A stretch of DNA of 64,000 nucleotides, from positions 1,747,530-1,811,529 of the forward strand of contig MU004238.1 in the NCBI GenBank assembly GCA_010405405.1. Reading direction: 5' to 3'. How positions within the stretch are numbered: position 1 is the stretch's first letter; each line of letters starts with the position of its first letter. The position numbers were made by a program, and so were the translations under genes. Origin of the DNA: Microthyrium microscopicum. Taxonomy: Eukaryota. Below are positions 11,336 to 23,882 of the stretch, in pieces. The notes beneath the pieces are model-generated. The model saw only the letters and a program-made list of their open reading frames with translations, did no database searches and was not told the DNA's origin.

Positions 11336-13760
11336 ATGAAGGGTCTTGTACATGCAGCAATAGCCGGGGCCGTTTGGTCGCCAACATCGTGGGCTCGCGC
11401 CACTGGTGGTCTCACTCGCCATCAACACATTCCTTTGACTTTGGAGAGGCGCGAGGAATCATCGCAGCAAGTCGATAGCGCAGCAGAACTATGCACGACC
11501 ACGAAATGCAGAGACTACGCCAAATATATCTTGGACTCTTTCTCACCAAACTATACGGCGATCGATCCTTGCACTGACTTTGACAAATGGTCGTGTGATG
11601 GCTGGACAGCTAATCACCAATATCGTCCAGAGCAGTCTTCTCTTTCCGTGTCGTCAGTTCTATCAGACTCTAACCGTGACATGCTCCATGCTATACTTGA
11701 AGGCCAGTATCCAGCAAATTCTACCTTTACTGGTCAGGATCAGACTCTGGACAAGGCTAATTTTGACAAAATGAAAACTGCGTACAACACCTGCATGGCG
11801 GAGGACAAAATCAAAGAATATGGCCTCAATCCACTGCAGGATTTGTTAGACGATTTCGAGGAGGTGTTTCCTATGAAAGCCGAGCGAGATCGCGAGGGCA
11901 GCTACAAAGACGAACTCACTGCAGTGGCAACCTGGCTGCAAAAGAATCAGGTCGCTGGGCTTCTCAGCTCTTCTCCAGGTGTAAGTGGTTGATTTTGACA
12001 TATGGCAGTCGCTCGGAGCTAATAACAATCACTAGGCAAACGATATGAGCCCTGACGAAGTTATCATTGGGTTAGATGCATCTGAAATCCAATTGCCAAA
12101 AGCCTACTATAACAAAAGTGTCGTGCTCACCAACTACACTCGTGCCATCGCGCAGATGTATCAAGTGCTCAGCTCGGGAGATCCGATTGACGAGTCCCCA
12201 ATTCCAGCTTGGAAAAACTCATCACTCTTCGAAAAGGCTAAACGAGTTGTTGACTTTGAGAAACTCATTGCCGATAAGGTTGCAGAACCAGAAGTAAAAA
12301 ATGATATCAAGGTACGTTGAGTTATGAACAAGCTGCTGGAGTTTTTTCCTAACGATGAAAGTACTCTTATAATCTCAAAACGCTTGGAGAATTGGACACA
12401 CTCGTTCCGCAGATTTCAATTCAGCAGTATTTGAAGAACTTGGCTCCTCCGGGATATCCAATTGACTCAAAGAGAACAGTCATTGCATATGACATCGGCT
12501 ATTTTGGAAACCTTTCAGAAATCATCAAGACAACCTCGAGGCAAACCCTTCACGACTATTTTGAATGGCGATTGATCATCACTCACTCAGAACGTCTCCA
12601 CTCAAATTACACTGCTCCCGTGAGACGGTTCAAGAACGTCCTAAATGGAAAAGAGCCAGATGCAAGCCCTCTGCGGTGGAGAAGCTGCATCAGCGAAGTC
12701 GACGATAGTTTAGGCCATCTGTTGGGTGCTGCTTATATCCAGCGACTCTTTACAAAGCAAGACAAGGCCAGAGGTGATCAAGTAATCAATGATGTCAAGA
12801 GAGTCTTTGGAGATAACTTGAAGTATTTGGATTGGATGAGCAACTCATCAAAGGCCGTCGCCGCAGAAAAAGGTAAACTCGAAAGAAAGTTCTAGCGAAA
12901 GGATCATTGCTAATATGAGCAAAGTGAAAAACATCATTCCCAAGATCGGTTATCAAGTTCAGAATCCAAATGAAGAGAGTCCAAGCGATTTGAACCAATA
13001 CTACACGAATTTACGCTTGTCGGCCGACTACTTCGGAAACGGACAGGCCGGCTACAAATGGGCCCAGAACAAGACATGGCACGACTTGCTTAAGCCCACT
13101 GATAGAACACAGTGGGGAATGACCTCGCCAACGGTCAACGCGTACTTCAATCCACCACTAAACGAGATCGTCTTTCCAGCCGGCATCATGCAACCCCCAT
13201 TTTTTAATAGTGAGCTGCCGAATTATGTGTCATATGGTGGCTTCGGGGCTACCGCTGGCCACGAACTCACGCATGGTTTCGATGATAATGGTTCCAAATA
13301 CGACGTCAATGGCAAATACCGAGAATGGTGGGACAACGAGACCACAGCCAAGTTTGAGGCAAAGACACAGTGCTTCGTCAAACAGTATAATGAATACACC
13401 GTGGAAGGCCTTGAGGGCGAGAAGGTCCACGTAAATGGCAAACTTACATTGCCAGAAAATATTGCTGATTCTGGAGGACTGAACGCTGCATTTCGAGCGT
13501 GGAAAGACAGGCAAACTGCTTCAGGAAAGCAGGACCCAGCGCTTCCTGGCCTAGAGAAACTTACCAACGAGCAGCTGTTCTTTGTCAGCTATGGAAATGG
13601 CTGGTGTGAGAAGGTTCGAAAGGAGGCATTGCTGAGCCAGGTGCTGTCTGATCCTCACAGTCCGGCTGATAAGCGTATTCTTGGACCACTCGCAAACTCG
13701 GCTGACTTCAAAAAGGCTTTCAATTGCCCCGTGAAGAAGGCAACTTGCGACTTGTGGTAG
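11336..13760 (+). CDS. Secreted M13 (neprilysin / endothelin-converting enzyme-like) zinc metallopeptidase, 4 exons
   Basis: Signal-like N-terminus MKGLVHAAIAGAVW, DPCTDF..SCDGW, VNAYFNP..NEIVFPAGI, HELTHGFD, ENIADSGG, DPHSP. Introns about 11981-12035, 12312-12361 and 12873-12924. Confidence 0.95.
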
Positions 13761-13962
13761 AGCTAAATCCATGGATAATCTTGTAAGATATGAATGCGAA
13801 ACATAAAGTACGTGTGGAACATAATGCAAATAGTGAAATGCGTCGCGATAAATAAGGGTGTGAATGCATTCTTGTTGGTAATCATTCGCTATGCAATTTG
13901 AATCAAGGGGTATAAGGCGACTGTAAAAATCCAAAACGCACGTCTATACAATGCAATACAAT

Positions 13963-16900
13963 CTAGGCTCTCTGAGCCTTACCTTTGACTAGGCGTCTCA
14001 GTTCTGCTACCTCCTCTCTCAGCTCCTTCATCTCTTGGCGCAGCTCTAAGCAGCCTTCACATGAGCCAGGCTCGCAGGATTGGTAGTTTGACGAAGTAGC
14101 TTTCGTCGCGCGTGGCGAAGCGTTGCTTGCAGTAATATCGGATTTGCTGGAATTGATTAGTATAAAACAACAACAACAAAGCCAACACGCAGCGAAAAGA
14201 CTTTTTGGTCTCTTGACAGGAAAAGGGTAGATTGGCTATCATATTCGATGGAAACCATACAGTTCGATCAGGATTCAATGATTATGGGAGCCATCGGACG
14301 TACTGAAAGCTATCAAAAGTTTCGAAATGTCAAGGGTAGTCAAGAATCGTAGCTCGAAACAAGGGAATCTTACCTAGAAGCATTGCCAGATATCTCGGCC
14401 ATGGCCCCTCGTGATTTCCGTGCAGGCGTTTGCGTAGGTGAATGGAAACTCAAGCTCTCGCGACGAGGAAGGTAGTGAGCAACCTCAACTGGTCCTTGGA
14501 AGGATTCAGTAAATCCGGGAAGTAGCTGCTGAGAAAGGCGACTCAATCGTTTCCGCATAGGGCTGCTCTGCTGGGACTTGCCTGTTTTGTACGACGAAGC
14601 TGTAGTGATCGGTGCTGGCTCAGGATGGTATTGCTCTCCCAATGTTTCGGCGACAGATTGGTAGCGCGTACGGGGTGGTGAATCCGACAAATCTTGCGAC
14701 GATGAGAGCGCAGAATTATAATCCAGTGAACTTGGAGCCCGGTCGCTTGTGTCTGTGGTGAATGTCATTGATGACATGCTCGATACCTCAACTACTCGTT
14801 TAGGTTGTACATCTCCAGGTCCATTAGTGGAGGCTACATGAGTAGGTCTTACGGTCGCATCATCGGCCTCCGACTCAGTAAGCCACAGGTCGTTGTCTGC
14901 AAAGCGTTGAGCTCGAGGACGTGTTCGCACGCGTACAGGCTTTGCAGCCTTTACCACTGCTAGGATTTGTTAGTATAAGATTGCGATCAGAGCTGACATG
15001 CCATGAAAGACCATTTGGTCTCTTCGTGGTGAAACCGTGCAACACCCGTCGCAATCGGTGGTAGCCACAGCGCTTGATTAGCAACGCATTTCATGGTAGC
15101 CACCGAGTGCGATGGGAGACATGAAGTTTTGGTTCAATCGAATATCGCTAGGAAATGTAATTTGACCAGGGGGACTCTTACCTCCCTGCGAAGTTCGCAC
15201 TGGTCGCTGCGTACCAGCTCCACCCATCTTTCGAATGTCAGAAAGAATCTTGGAATTTGATGTGGATCTTTCTGAAGCCGGAGTGGAGGAAAAGAGGCCT
15301 GGTGTTGTTAATAGATCCGAAGCAATACTGAGGAAAGAGCCTTTGCTTTTCTTAACAGCTGCCTTGCCGGGAGAGTTTCGCCGCTTAGGACTCATACTCT
15401 TCTTCAAGGGCATGGCTTTGGTGCCCGGCTTGACGCCCAAACTCCGTGGCAAAGGTCGATCTGGTACCCTGGGAGGAAGCATTGCCTTTGGAGGTGGACT
15501 GAGCACCTGATCCTTCTCAGGTAGAGTTGGCGCAGCATCCTCGTATTCTACGAACGTAGCACTCGTAATTCTAGGTCTCGACCTTGGGGTACTTCGCACT
15601 GGGGAGCGGGCAGCTGGAGGTTTAACAGGGGAGAACAAGTCCATGTAGGTCTTACCAACATGGCCTGGTATATCCGCGGTTGTAGGACCGAGGATTGGAA
15701 CATGTCGAACCGTATCAAAGTCTTCTTCCTTGATGGCCACCACATGATCTTCGAACTTTACGGTGGTAGGGACGGCTGGTAATGTTTTGTCGAGGAGAGC
15801 CTTGTCCTTGGAGGACTTACGAGATGCTGCTCTGGAAGAGGTTGCAGATATGCCTAAGTCAAAGTCTTTCTCGTCATTGAAATTGACGGTTGTCCAATCA
15901 CCCAAAGCCTCAGGACTGGCTCCGGCGATCCAGTCTACATCCAAGACCTGACCTGCACCGTCGTCGACAGTCTTTTGAGCCAGTAGTCTTCCTTGCTCAT
16001 CATAAACGAAAACTTTGCCGTCCACGCGTCCAATTGCAAGTAGGTTCGACGTGACCTGCGGCTTGGCGACAGATGACTGCCGCGCTTTTCCAGACGCTGC
16101 AGGCAATTTCGACGGTTGTGCCACACCAGAGGCATTCTTAGATGCTGCAGGTTTCTTCGACGTTTGGTTCACAGGCACACCAGGCAACACCGAGAGTGAG
16201 GTTGCTGGTCCTTTTATGTGAAATGTTTTCAAGATCATCTTGGTCTCAAAATCAAGAATGTTGCACTTTCCATCAGCACCGACCGTGACAACCTTTGTTT
16301 GGCTATTAGGAAGGAAGGATGCTGCTGTGACGCTCAAAGATACTGCTCTTGGGCGCATGTTGCCTGCTTGCTCTGTCTGATATGTGCTTGAAGCTACACG
16401 ATGGAGTTGTGGAAAAGCGCGAACCTCTGCGGTGTATGTAGACAAATCTTCTGCGTCTTTTCCTCGAGCTTTGGAAAGTCGACTTGCATCATACACTGCA
16501 AGGGAGCCATCTTTGAAGGAAAGCAAGAAAATATTGGGCCGCTTCGGGTGGAACGCAGCATGAACGACAGGAGCTGTTGTGGCTTCGGGAATGAGGAGCT
16601 TGGGGGCACCAGCGTATGTCAGGCTTTGTAGATATACTGTAGGGGGATTCTCGGATGCGGATAGTAGAAGATGCGATGTTGATGATATGGCGAGGGCGAT
16701 AGGAGGAGAAGGATGCGTAGGGCCGGGGTCGAGAAGTTTGGACTCGCGCAGGCTATATATTTGTATCGAGTCTAGTAGGGTAGTGGAGAAGTATAGGATA
16801 TCTGAATTGGCAGAGAAGTGTAGTAGGCGGATTTGACCCTACGGCGCCATTAGCTCATAGTCGAGGGTTGAAAGATCCTTTTTACCTCCGCCCCCTTGAG

Positions 16901-17116
16901 TCTGTAGCTCCTCTCCAAGCCCTTCTCCACCTCATGGAGCAGAACGAGATGACTATCTGAGATGGCAAGAGTTCCATTCTTTGACTCTTTCGCTGCGATG
17001 ATCCCGCTGGATCCAGAAGTAAAGATTCGCCGGATGCCATTCGAGTCCCATGTTAGTACGTTTTTTTGGGTAACAGCTACTAGATGGTGCGTGGAGGGAA
17101 AGGCTCTCGATGCCAT
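13963..17116 (-). CDS. WD40-repeat protein with long disordered middle and C-terminal coiled coil, multi-exon
   Basis: Beta-propeller-like segments (VVTVGADGKCNILDF, LLAIGRVDGKVFVYD) and a Pro/Ser/Lys-rich linker. Last exon translated by hand as ...CEGCLELRQEMKELREEVAELRRLVKGKAQRA* (stop 13963-13965). Confidence 0.8.
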
Positions 17117-17592
17117 TTCGAGTAGTTGTTCTTCTATAGTAGGTAACAGGGAAATAATCATAGGACGCTGATGAGTTGAAGTTGAAGAGCATGTTGGTCA
17201 ACAAAGGTTGGCAGGGTGATGGTGATGCTTGGCGCGCGCGGGTTGTGGGTCGTTCTTTCCAACTTCCAAACCGCGTCAGAGAGGCAAAATTAGTAGCAGT
17301 CCCATCGAGTGCGATGGCTACAAGTACTTCATAACAATAGTACATATGCTTAGGTTTTCATCTTGATCGATCATTTGAGCGACTATCTGCGCCCTAAATT
17401 GGACAGCGCTTTTCATTATGTCAACTGCGTCGTCGTGTTTCTTTGAGTCCATTCAAGATGCCTCGGAACAAAAGGAAGCAAACATCGAATTGGGGTATCA
17501 TATACAATCTTCCAGGTAATTCAAGAAATGCCAGAAAAAAACAGGACTCATCGGCGAAGCAAAAACCAATAATAACTGTCTTAATCTTTCCA

Positions 17593-20091
17593 TCATCGTT
17601 CAGGCTTTACCACCACAATGTCACCATCCCAATAGCCCTTGATGTATGGATTTATCTCACCGCGCCGAAGGGCAATCTCGTATTTAGCTTTTCGATCTCG
17701 TCGAAACTTGGATACCTCAGCTAGGACATCAACCGCGCTCTCAATGTTGATACTCTCAGCACCAGTCATCATGGGAGCAAATGCATCATCATCCCCAACC
17801 ACCATCTTGCCTTGTCGAGCTTCCAAGGGAATGGACCGATTTGCATCTAACCTGGGTACACCGCACTCTTCCTCTGCTTCGGATCCAAAGAACGAGAAGT
17901 CATCTGACGCAGCTTTCCAAAAGGTTTCACAATCAGCATCCTCTACAGACGATTTCCCAGGACTACGAGGAGCGCTTATTAGCGATGAGCGATGAGGTAG
18001 AGATTTCGACCTCATATGTAAGACTAGTTGCTTCAATCCAAACAGTGACTGGGCATACGATCTTTCTGCAGTGTGCCGGTTTTGTCCAGGAGGAAGCTGG
18101 TATGCATGCTGGGCTTGGAGTCGACTCCAATGCGACTCTTCTGCGCATGCTGTAATGAACGCGATCACCCGGTCACTCACTTCTTTGGAGGGCCAGTGAG
18201 AGGGGACGTCGGTGAGCTCCAGCATTCGTAGGCACGGTATCATGCTAGGAAGTAATCCATGAGGCTGGGATTTTTGATAAGCGATTCTGGATTCATGATC
18301 CATTAAGACCCCTGAATAGGTTCTTTTGTGCTTTAGTGTAGGCTGCGGCGGAAGTAATGAGCCAGTGGATGCCGTATGGGTTGAACTAGGGGTTGTGGGT
18401 TGTGCAGAACCAGCAGACGCGGGATGTAAGAAACTGGATGAGGCGGGATGTACAGGACTCGATGACATTGGAGTTATATTCTCGATGGGACCAAAATGCT
18501 CTGAGTGAGGCGAGAGTAGTGGCGACACAACGCACCCGGTAATGACCTCTGGGGCATTTTGTGATATACTTCTCGGACTCAGGTTAGGTCTTTGTGGACT
18601 CGGCTCTACACTCCCGGTGGGCTGCTGGCTGACGTTGATTCTAGGAGAGGGTGGAGCTGGGGAGCCTTCCAGCTCGAAGACCATCGCCGAATCTGCAGGT
18701 AGTTCCTGTATATCTCTGGTATCGCCCTCCAGCTCAGCAATCATGCTGACTTGGTTATCAATGGCAATGAATGGCTGGTTCACCTCTGTTTCAATATCGT
18801 GTCCAGTATCAAGCTCAGCAATCGCCAAAGTCGGATCGCAATATTCCGTAATAATGGCATGGTCGATTTTCAGATAATCGATAGTACCGCCATTGATTTC
18901 AAAGAGAGGCACGAGTCTTTCAGCAACGGCAAGCCTTGAAACCTTGTTAAACCGATCACCTGGCGATAGGGGGCTAGAGTCAGGAATAAAGCTGCCAACA
19001 TCCAGGACATGAAATCTTTTCAAGCGGAGCATATCAGCTACAGCAGGCGCCGAAAGTTGATTTCCAGAAATATACAGGTGAGTGAGACCGGTTCCACAGG
19101 CATCTTCGACACCAAGGTGTGGAAAAAAACCAGACGTGAAGCGGTCATATACGAAGCGATCTTGGTAATCAGTATGGTATAACGGTGGAAGATCAACACC
19201 AAAGTACATTTGCATGCTTGCTGAGAGGCCACCGGAATTTTCTACGTTTCTGCGTATCACTTCGGCTGCCTGCGATGGCGTTGTGACGCAATGTTGCAGT
19301 ATAAATCGTACTGCTTTGTTGGTCAACCGATTTTCTCTTACATCCAGACTTCGCACTCTGAGTCCCACGGCTTCGGCAACAACGCGGATATCTTCGTCTT
19401 TTAAGCCTAGTCTCCGAAGCTTCAGAATCTGCAAGCCGGAGAGTGCTTGGAGGGCTGCAAAAACGTTTGTATCCTTGGCTGGTAGTGTGTTTGACAGATC
19501 GAGGTATGTTATGGATGAGAAACATTTTAATGCACTAGCAAGTCCATTCGAGGTCGCGTTGAAACAACTCGAGGCTTCTAGAAGTCTTAATGGATAGGTA
19601 GCAGTGTGAAAATCACCCGCTGGATTTGTTTTCCCCAACGGAATATTGATCAAAGCTCCATGATCGAAGAATGGCAGTTCCGATCTACTACAGTCAACTT
19701 TGGCTCATTTGAACAAGATTCGTACCTACACAATCAACGACTGTAGTCGTGGTAACCTCACTAGGATATCTCGTAGCCATTCTGCATGAGGTCCATCATA
19801 CATCTCAGCATGAGCTGGCGGTAGGCGGAGAGTATGAGTGAGTTCGCGTGTGCTTGATCGCGCCCATACCAGAGTTCTTTTGAACCTGACGAGAGCGACA
19901 TAGACCACGTCATTTTCTGTACCAAAATGCGATGCTGGATTGCCCCATAAGTGAGGAGTGAATATACGGTTCCATTGCTTCGAGACCAAGGCGGCAGAGC
20001 ACAGGTCTTTGGACGGAACAAAAGACGATATTATTGACCAGTGGTCGCGATTTGTTGCTTGTAAGTATGATGGAGGAATTGTTTCCATCAT
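17593..20091 (-). CDS. F-box-like / leucine-rich-repeat protein, 2 exons
   Basis: N-terminal F-box-like IISSFVPSKDLCSAALVSKQWNRIF and LRR units ITYLDLSNT, LQILKLRRLGL, VRSLDVRENRLT, LTHLYISGNQLS. An intron near 19687-19729 gives SLIV-SELPFFDH. Confidence 0.85.
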
Positions 20092-21639
20092 GGCCAAATG
20101 TCACTCCATCTGTGTAAGTAATTACAATTCAGAATGGAGGTTCGTGGCTACTGGGGAAATTCAGACCGCGAGATGTAGACTTCCAAGTCTTTAGCCTCAC
20201 AAGTCGCAAGGCAGATTAATATCGATATATATGGACCAGACGCATCCAATGGTTTGCGCATATCAACAGCGGCGCATTTCGGAGCGGGTAGGCTGAGCAG
20301 TGTTGGTGGTCAATCGGGATGCTCGTCAGTGGGCGGGTGGCAAAGCAAAGGGGGGTTTGGTCTCCCGGTCGCCATCTCTGTGCGCTCCATGTCCAACTTC
20401 CAACCTTCAACCATCCGCACCATTCATCTCGTAATAATGACCCCAGGGCCTTGCCATTCCTTGTTAATCATTTCAGCTTGGTCTTCGTCATAGTCCTACC
20501 TTTTCTTCTCCGACGCTCTTACGCGTCGGAAGTTTACTGTCCTCTTTGCGCGCAGTAAGACGCGCTGGCGGGCAGCACATATCTAGCAACCTCCAGACAG
20601 GATGAGGCTGTCAGAAGCCAGCTTGGAATCACTGTTCTTGAACGTTTAACTAAAAATGCGCCAAGGCTTGGCCCTCTTTGCCAAAGATCGGGTGCTGCCA
20701 TTGTCAGCCCATGATGTTTATACATCTGCGACGTTACTGAACCCGACCCCACTAGAGTTTAGGATCGCATTTCAAACTCACGGTCCTAAAATCCGCCATG
20801 ATACGGCGAGATGTTTGTTCTATTGTCATCATATTGGCAATTCTATGGACGTGTCACTGTCAAAACGGTATCTCCATATCACATCCACTTGCTGTTACGC
20901 GCCACAATGCCTCATCCCCCATGATTTTGTCTTACTTCGTGCGCAAAAGAATATTGACAGCTTTCACGTGGAACCACACCAGACCGAGAAGTTTCAAATG
21001 CAGCCTGGAGGTTGACGTAGTTTTTTCTATGAAGAATTCCGGGTGGCTAAGAAGCAATGGCCGGTAAAAGCTTATGACGAGCCATTCCTTTCATCAGATC
21101 ACTGGCACTATCACATATCAGATCACGCAGCCAGAAGCTTGACATTGAAGTCTATTACTTTTGATCTCAGTCCACCTTCCGGCCGGTGTGTTCCTTATAC
21201 ATGTTTACTGTTTCTAGTCCCATTGCAAAGAGCCTCGTTGGCGTGAATGTCCCTGATGGCAACTCTCGAAACAGTCTCAGCAAAACGCCATCTTAAAGCA
21301 ACCTACCAACAAAAGTACAATCAAGTGTATCTTCTCAGGAAACATCACAGAGATGCCAATGGCTGGTTTTATACTTTTGCGTCTTGTGCAAAGACTATCC
21401 AATGCTGGCATGTGCACCCCTTGGGCTATATAACTCGTGAATATTGCTGTTCTGAGCTCAAATCTACATTCTTCAAGCAGTAGTCTTTGCTCAACAAGTT
21501 TCCAACGTTTCTAATCATTCCAAGCCTGGTATTCCTTCCTTCACCAGAAATCTCCATCTACCTTCTCTCGACTCCAACAACATTCTCTCTACTTTCAAAC
21601 CACTTCTACCATATCAATTTTTATTCCATTCTTTTCAAC

Positions 21640-22883
21640 ATGAAGTTCATCTATATCGCCTCTGTGATCGGCCTGGCGGCGGCTGCGCCCATTGTCAGTG
21701 TTGCTGGAAAAGCTACTGAAGAGATGATGACCAAGAGACAAGGTATGAATACATTGAGAGATACAGATGCAATATCTAACATGTGACAGATCTGAGTGAT
21801 ATCACTTCTCTTCTCGGAGGTGGTGCTGCACCACCAGCTGGAGGTGCTGCTAACGCGGATCCCCTAGATGCCATCACTGGTCTCATTACCAAGCGTCAAG
21901 ATCTTAGCGATATTACTTCGCTTCTAGGCGGTGGTGCTGCACCACCAGCTGGAGGTGCCGCCAATGCGGATCCTCTGGATGCCATCACTGGACTGATCAC
22001 TAAGCGTCAAGATCTTAGCGATATCACTTCGCTTCTTGGAGGTGGTGCTGCTGCCCCAGGTGCCGGAGGAGCTGCACCAGCCGACGGCGGAGATTTGCTC
22101 CAAGGAATTGAGATTCTCAAGCGTCAAAGTAAGTAAAGTGATTTCTGCTTCCAAGCATCTCGTGATGCATCAAACATGAAGGATATATGTACATGATACG
22201 AGATATGGTATACAAAATGTAACAGAATTCGATCGCTACTGTAAAAGTAAAGTATCTCTTGTAAACACGCAGTAGTGGAAAAAGTGGAAGATACCCAATC
22301 TTGTATTCCTGTGTAAATAGAATATTGAGAGAGCACATCATGTACATTATCATCATATCTGTTTGTTATCAATTCTCAGCCTCACCGTATCATCTGGAAG
22401 AACTATATACATGTGTAGGCGCAAGCTAACAAACTTGCAGACTTGAGCCCACAAGGTCAAGGAGGACAACAACGCGGTGGTGGAATCGTCGCTCCCGCGA
22501 ACCAACTCCTCTCCGCCATTGCCGTCGGTGGTCCCAGTGGTGCCATCACCCAGAACGGTGGCATTGGATCTCTACTATCTTCCGGAAACCTGAATCTCGC
22601 CGGTGTCCAAGGAGGTGTGCCTGGCGCCAACGGTATTCCTGGCACCGGTTCCAATGGAGTCAGCGCTGCTAGCATCGACACGAGCGGTCTTTCCAGCGGC
22701 GTCCAAGGAATTGGTCTCGGAGGCGCCAGCGCCCAGGGACTTTCTCTAGGTGATCCTAACGCTCAGGGAAGCACTCAGGGACTGTCGCTTGGTGGTCTTG
22801 GCTCTCCAGGGGCTCCACAAGGTCTTGCGACTGCTCCAGGTCAGGGAGTTGGAGACCGCACACTTGCTGGATCAATTGTGTAG
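21640..22883 (+). CDS. Secreted KEX2-processed repeat protein (KEP) precursor, 3 exons, 294 aa
   Basis: Exons 21640-21742, 21790-22128 and 22441-22883 total 885 nt and are in frame. Signal peptide MKFIYIASVIGLAAAAP and four KR-Q sites separating repeated Gly/Ala/Leu-rich cores. Confidence 0.85.
21790..22128 (+). repeat. Coding tandem repeat, 111-nt (37-aa) unit x2 plus a diverged third copy
   Basis: QDLSDITSLLGGGAAPPAGGAANADPLDAITGLITKR is repeated with synonymous differences only between copies 1 and 2. Confidence 0.95.
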
Positions 22884-23882
22884 GTTGCGACTTGTCTGGT
22901 ACTTGTCAATTATAGCGTTGAAATATAGCAATTCCGAGCAATCATGGAAATCAAACATCGAGGTTTCGTTGATTAGTGATCTTCAGCTTTGTCAAAATCA
23001 CCCAACGACGACAGAGGAAAAGGTCACATTTTACAAATTCGTTTTGATGTTGATATTTCTTTCTGTCCATTTATGTTCGGAGATGTTGCTATCTAGCGTC
23101 TACTGATTTCACTATAGATAATGTGGATTTCAAGGACGGATAGAGTTGAGAGTGAAAGCGCGTGTCGGGAAGTAAGAACTAAGACCCGTTCCAAGGCATG
23201 AACGTTGAAAGAGCTGGCAAAATTCCCAATCAAGTCCAAACTAAAAGGTAAATATCTTTGGCGATTAGGCATTCTCCGAATCATTTTTTTGCAGTCGCGA
23301 TGTCAAGTATTTGCAAGTTATGAAGCTCCTAACCATTAGCTCTCATGGTCAATATAAACCGCGATGGAGAACTCCGATGTGGATACTGACACAGTCCTAA
23401 ATCAACGTCCATCAAAGTTTATCCGTACAACACGTCTTCGTTCTGCGTGATTTACAATCATTGCATCTTCGCGTAACAACTCAGCACGCCATTTCCATTA
23501 ATTGATCAGCCTCTACAACTCAAAGCATATCCAATATCGAATCAGCAGGCTTTTCTAGGGTCGAATTTGTCAGCTGTAGCTAGAGACGCAGGCACGGCAG
23601 GGTCCATACGCTGTAGATAGGTCCCAACGGATTGATCCGACGCAACTTCCCCACCTCGCATCATCAATGACCTCTCTGATGGCTGTCGGCAATACCCTAC
23701 ACCCTCTGCTCTATAAAACCGCCTTGTCTCGATCATTGATCAATCCCAAGTCAGTTCGATCATTCAGTTCACTCTTGACACAAACTTCAGATCACCAGAT
23801 TCATCCCTCTTTTTCGAGGCATAATACAGTCAAACTGAATAGACTACAGCAACTGCAAAGCCAACTTCGGGCCTCATCAACG

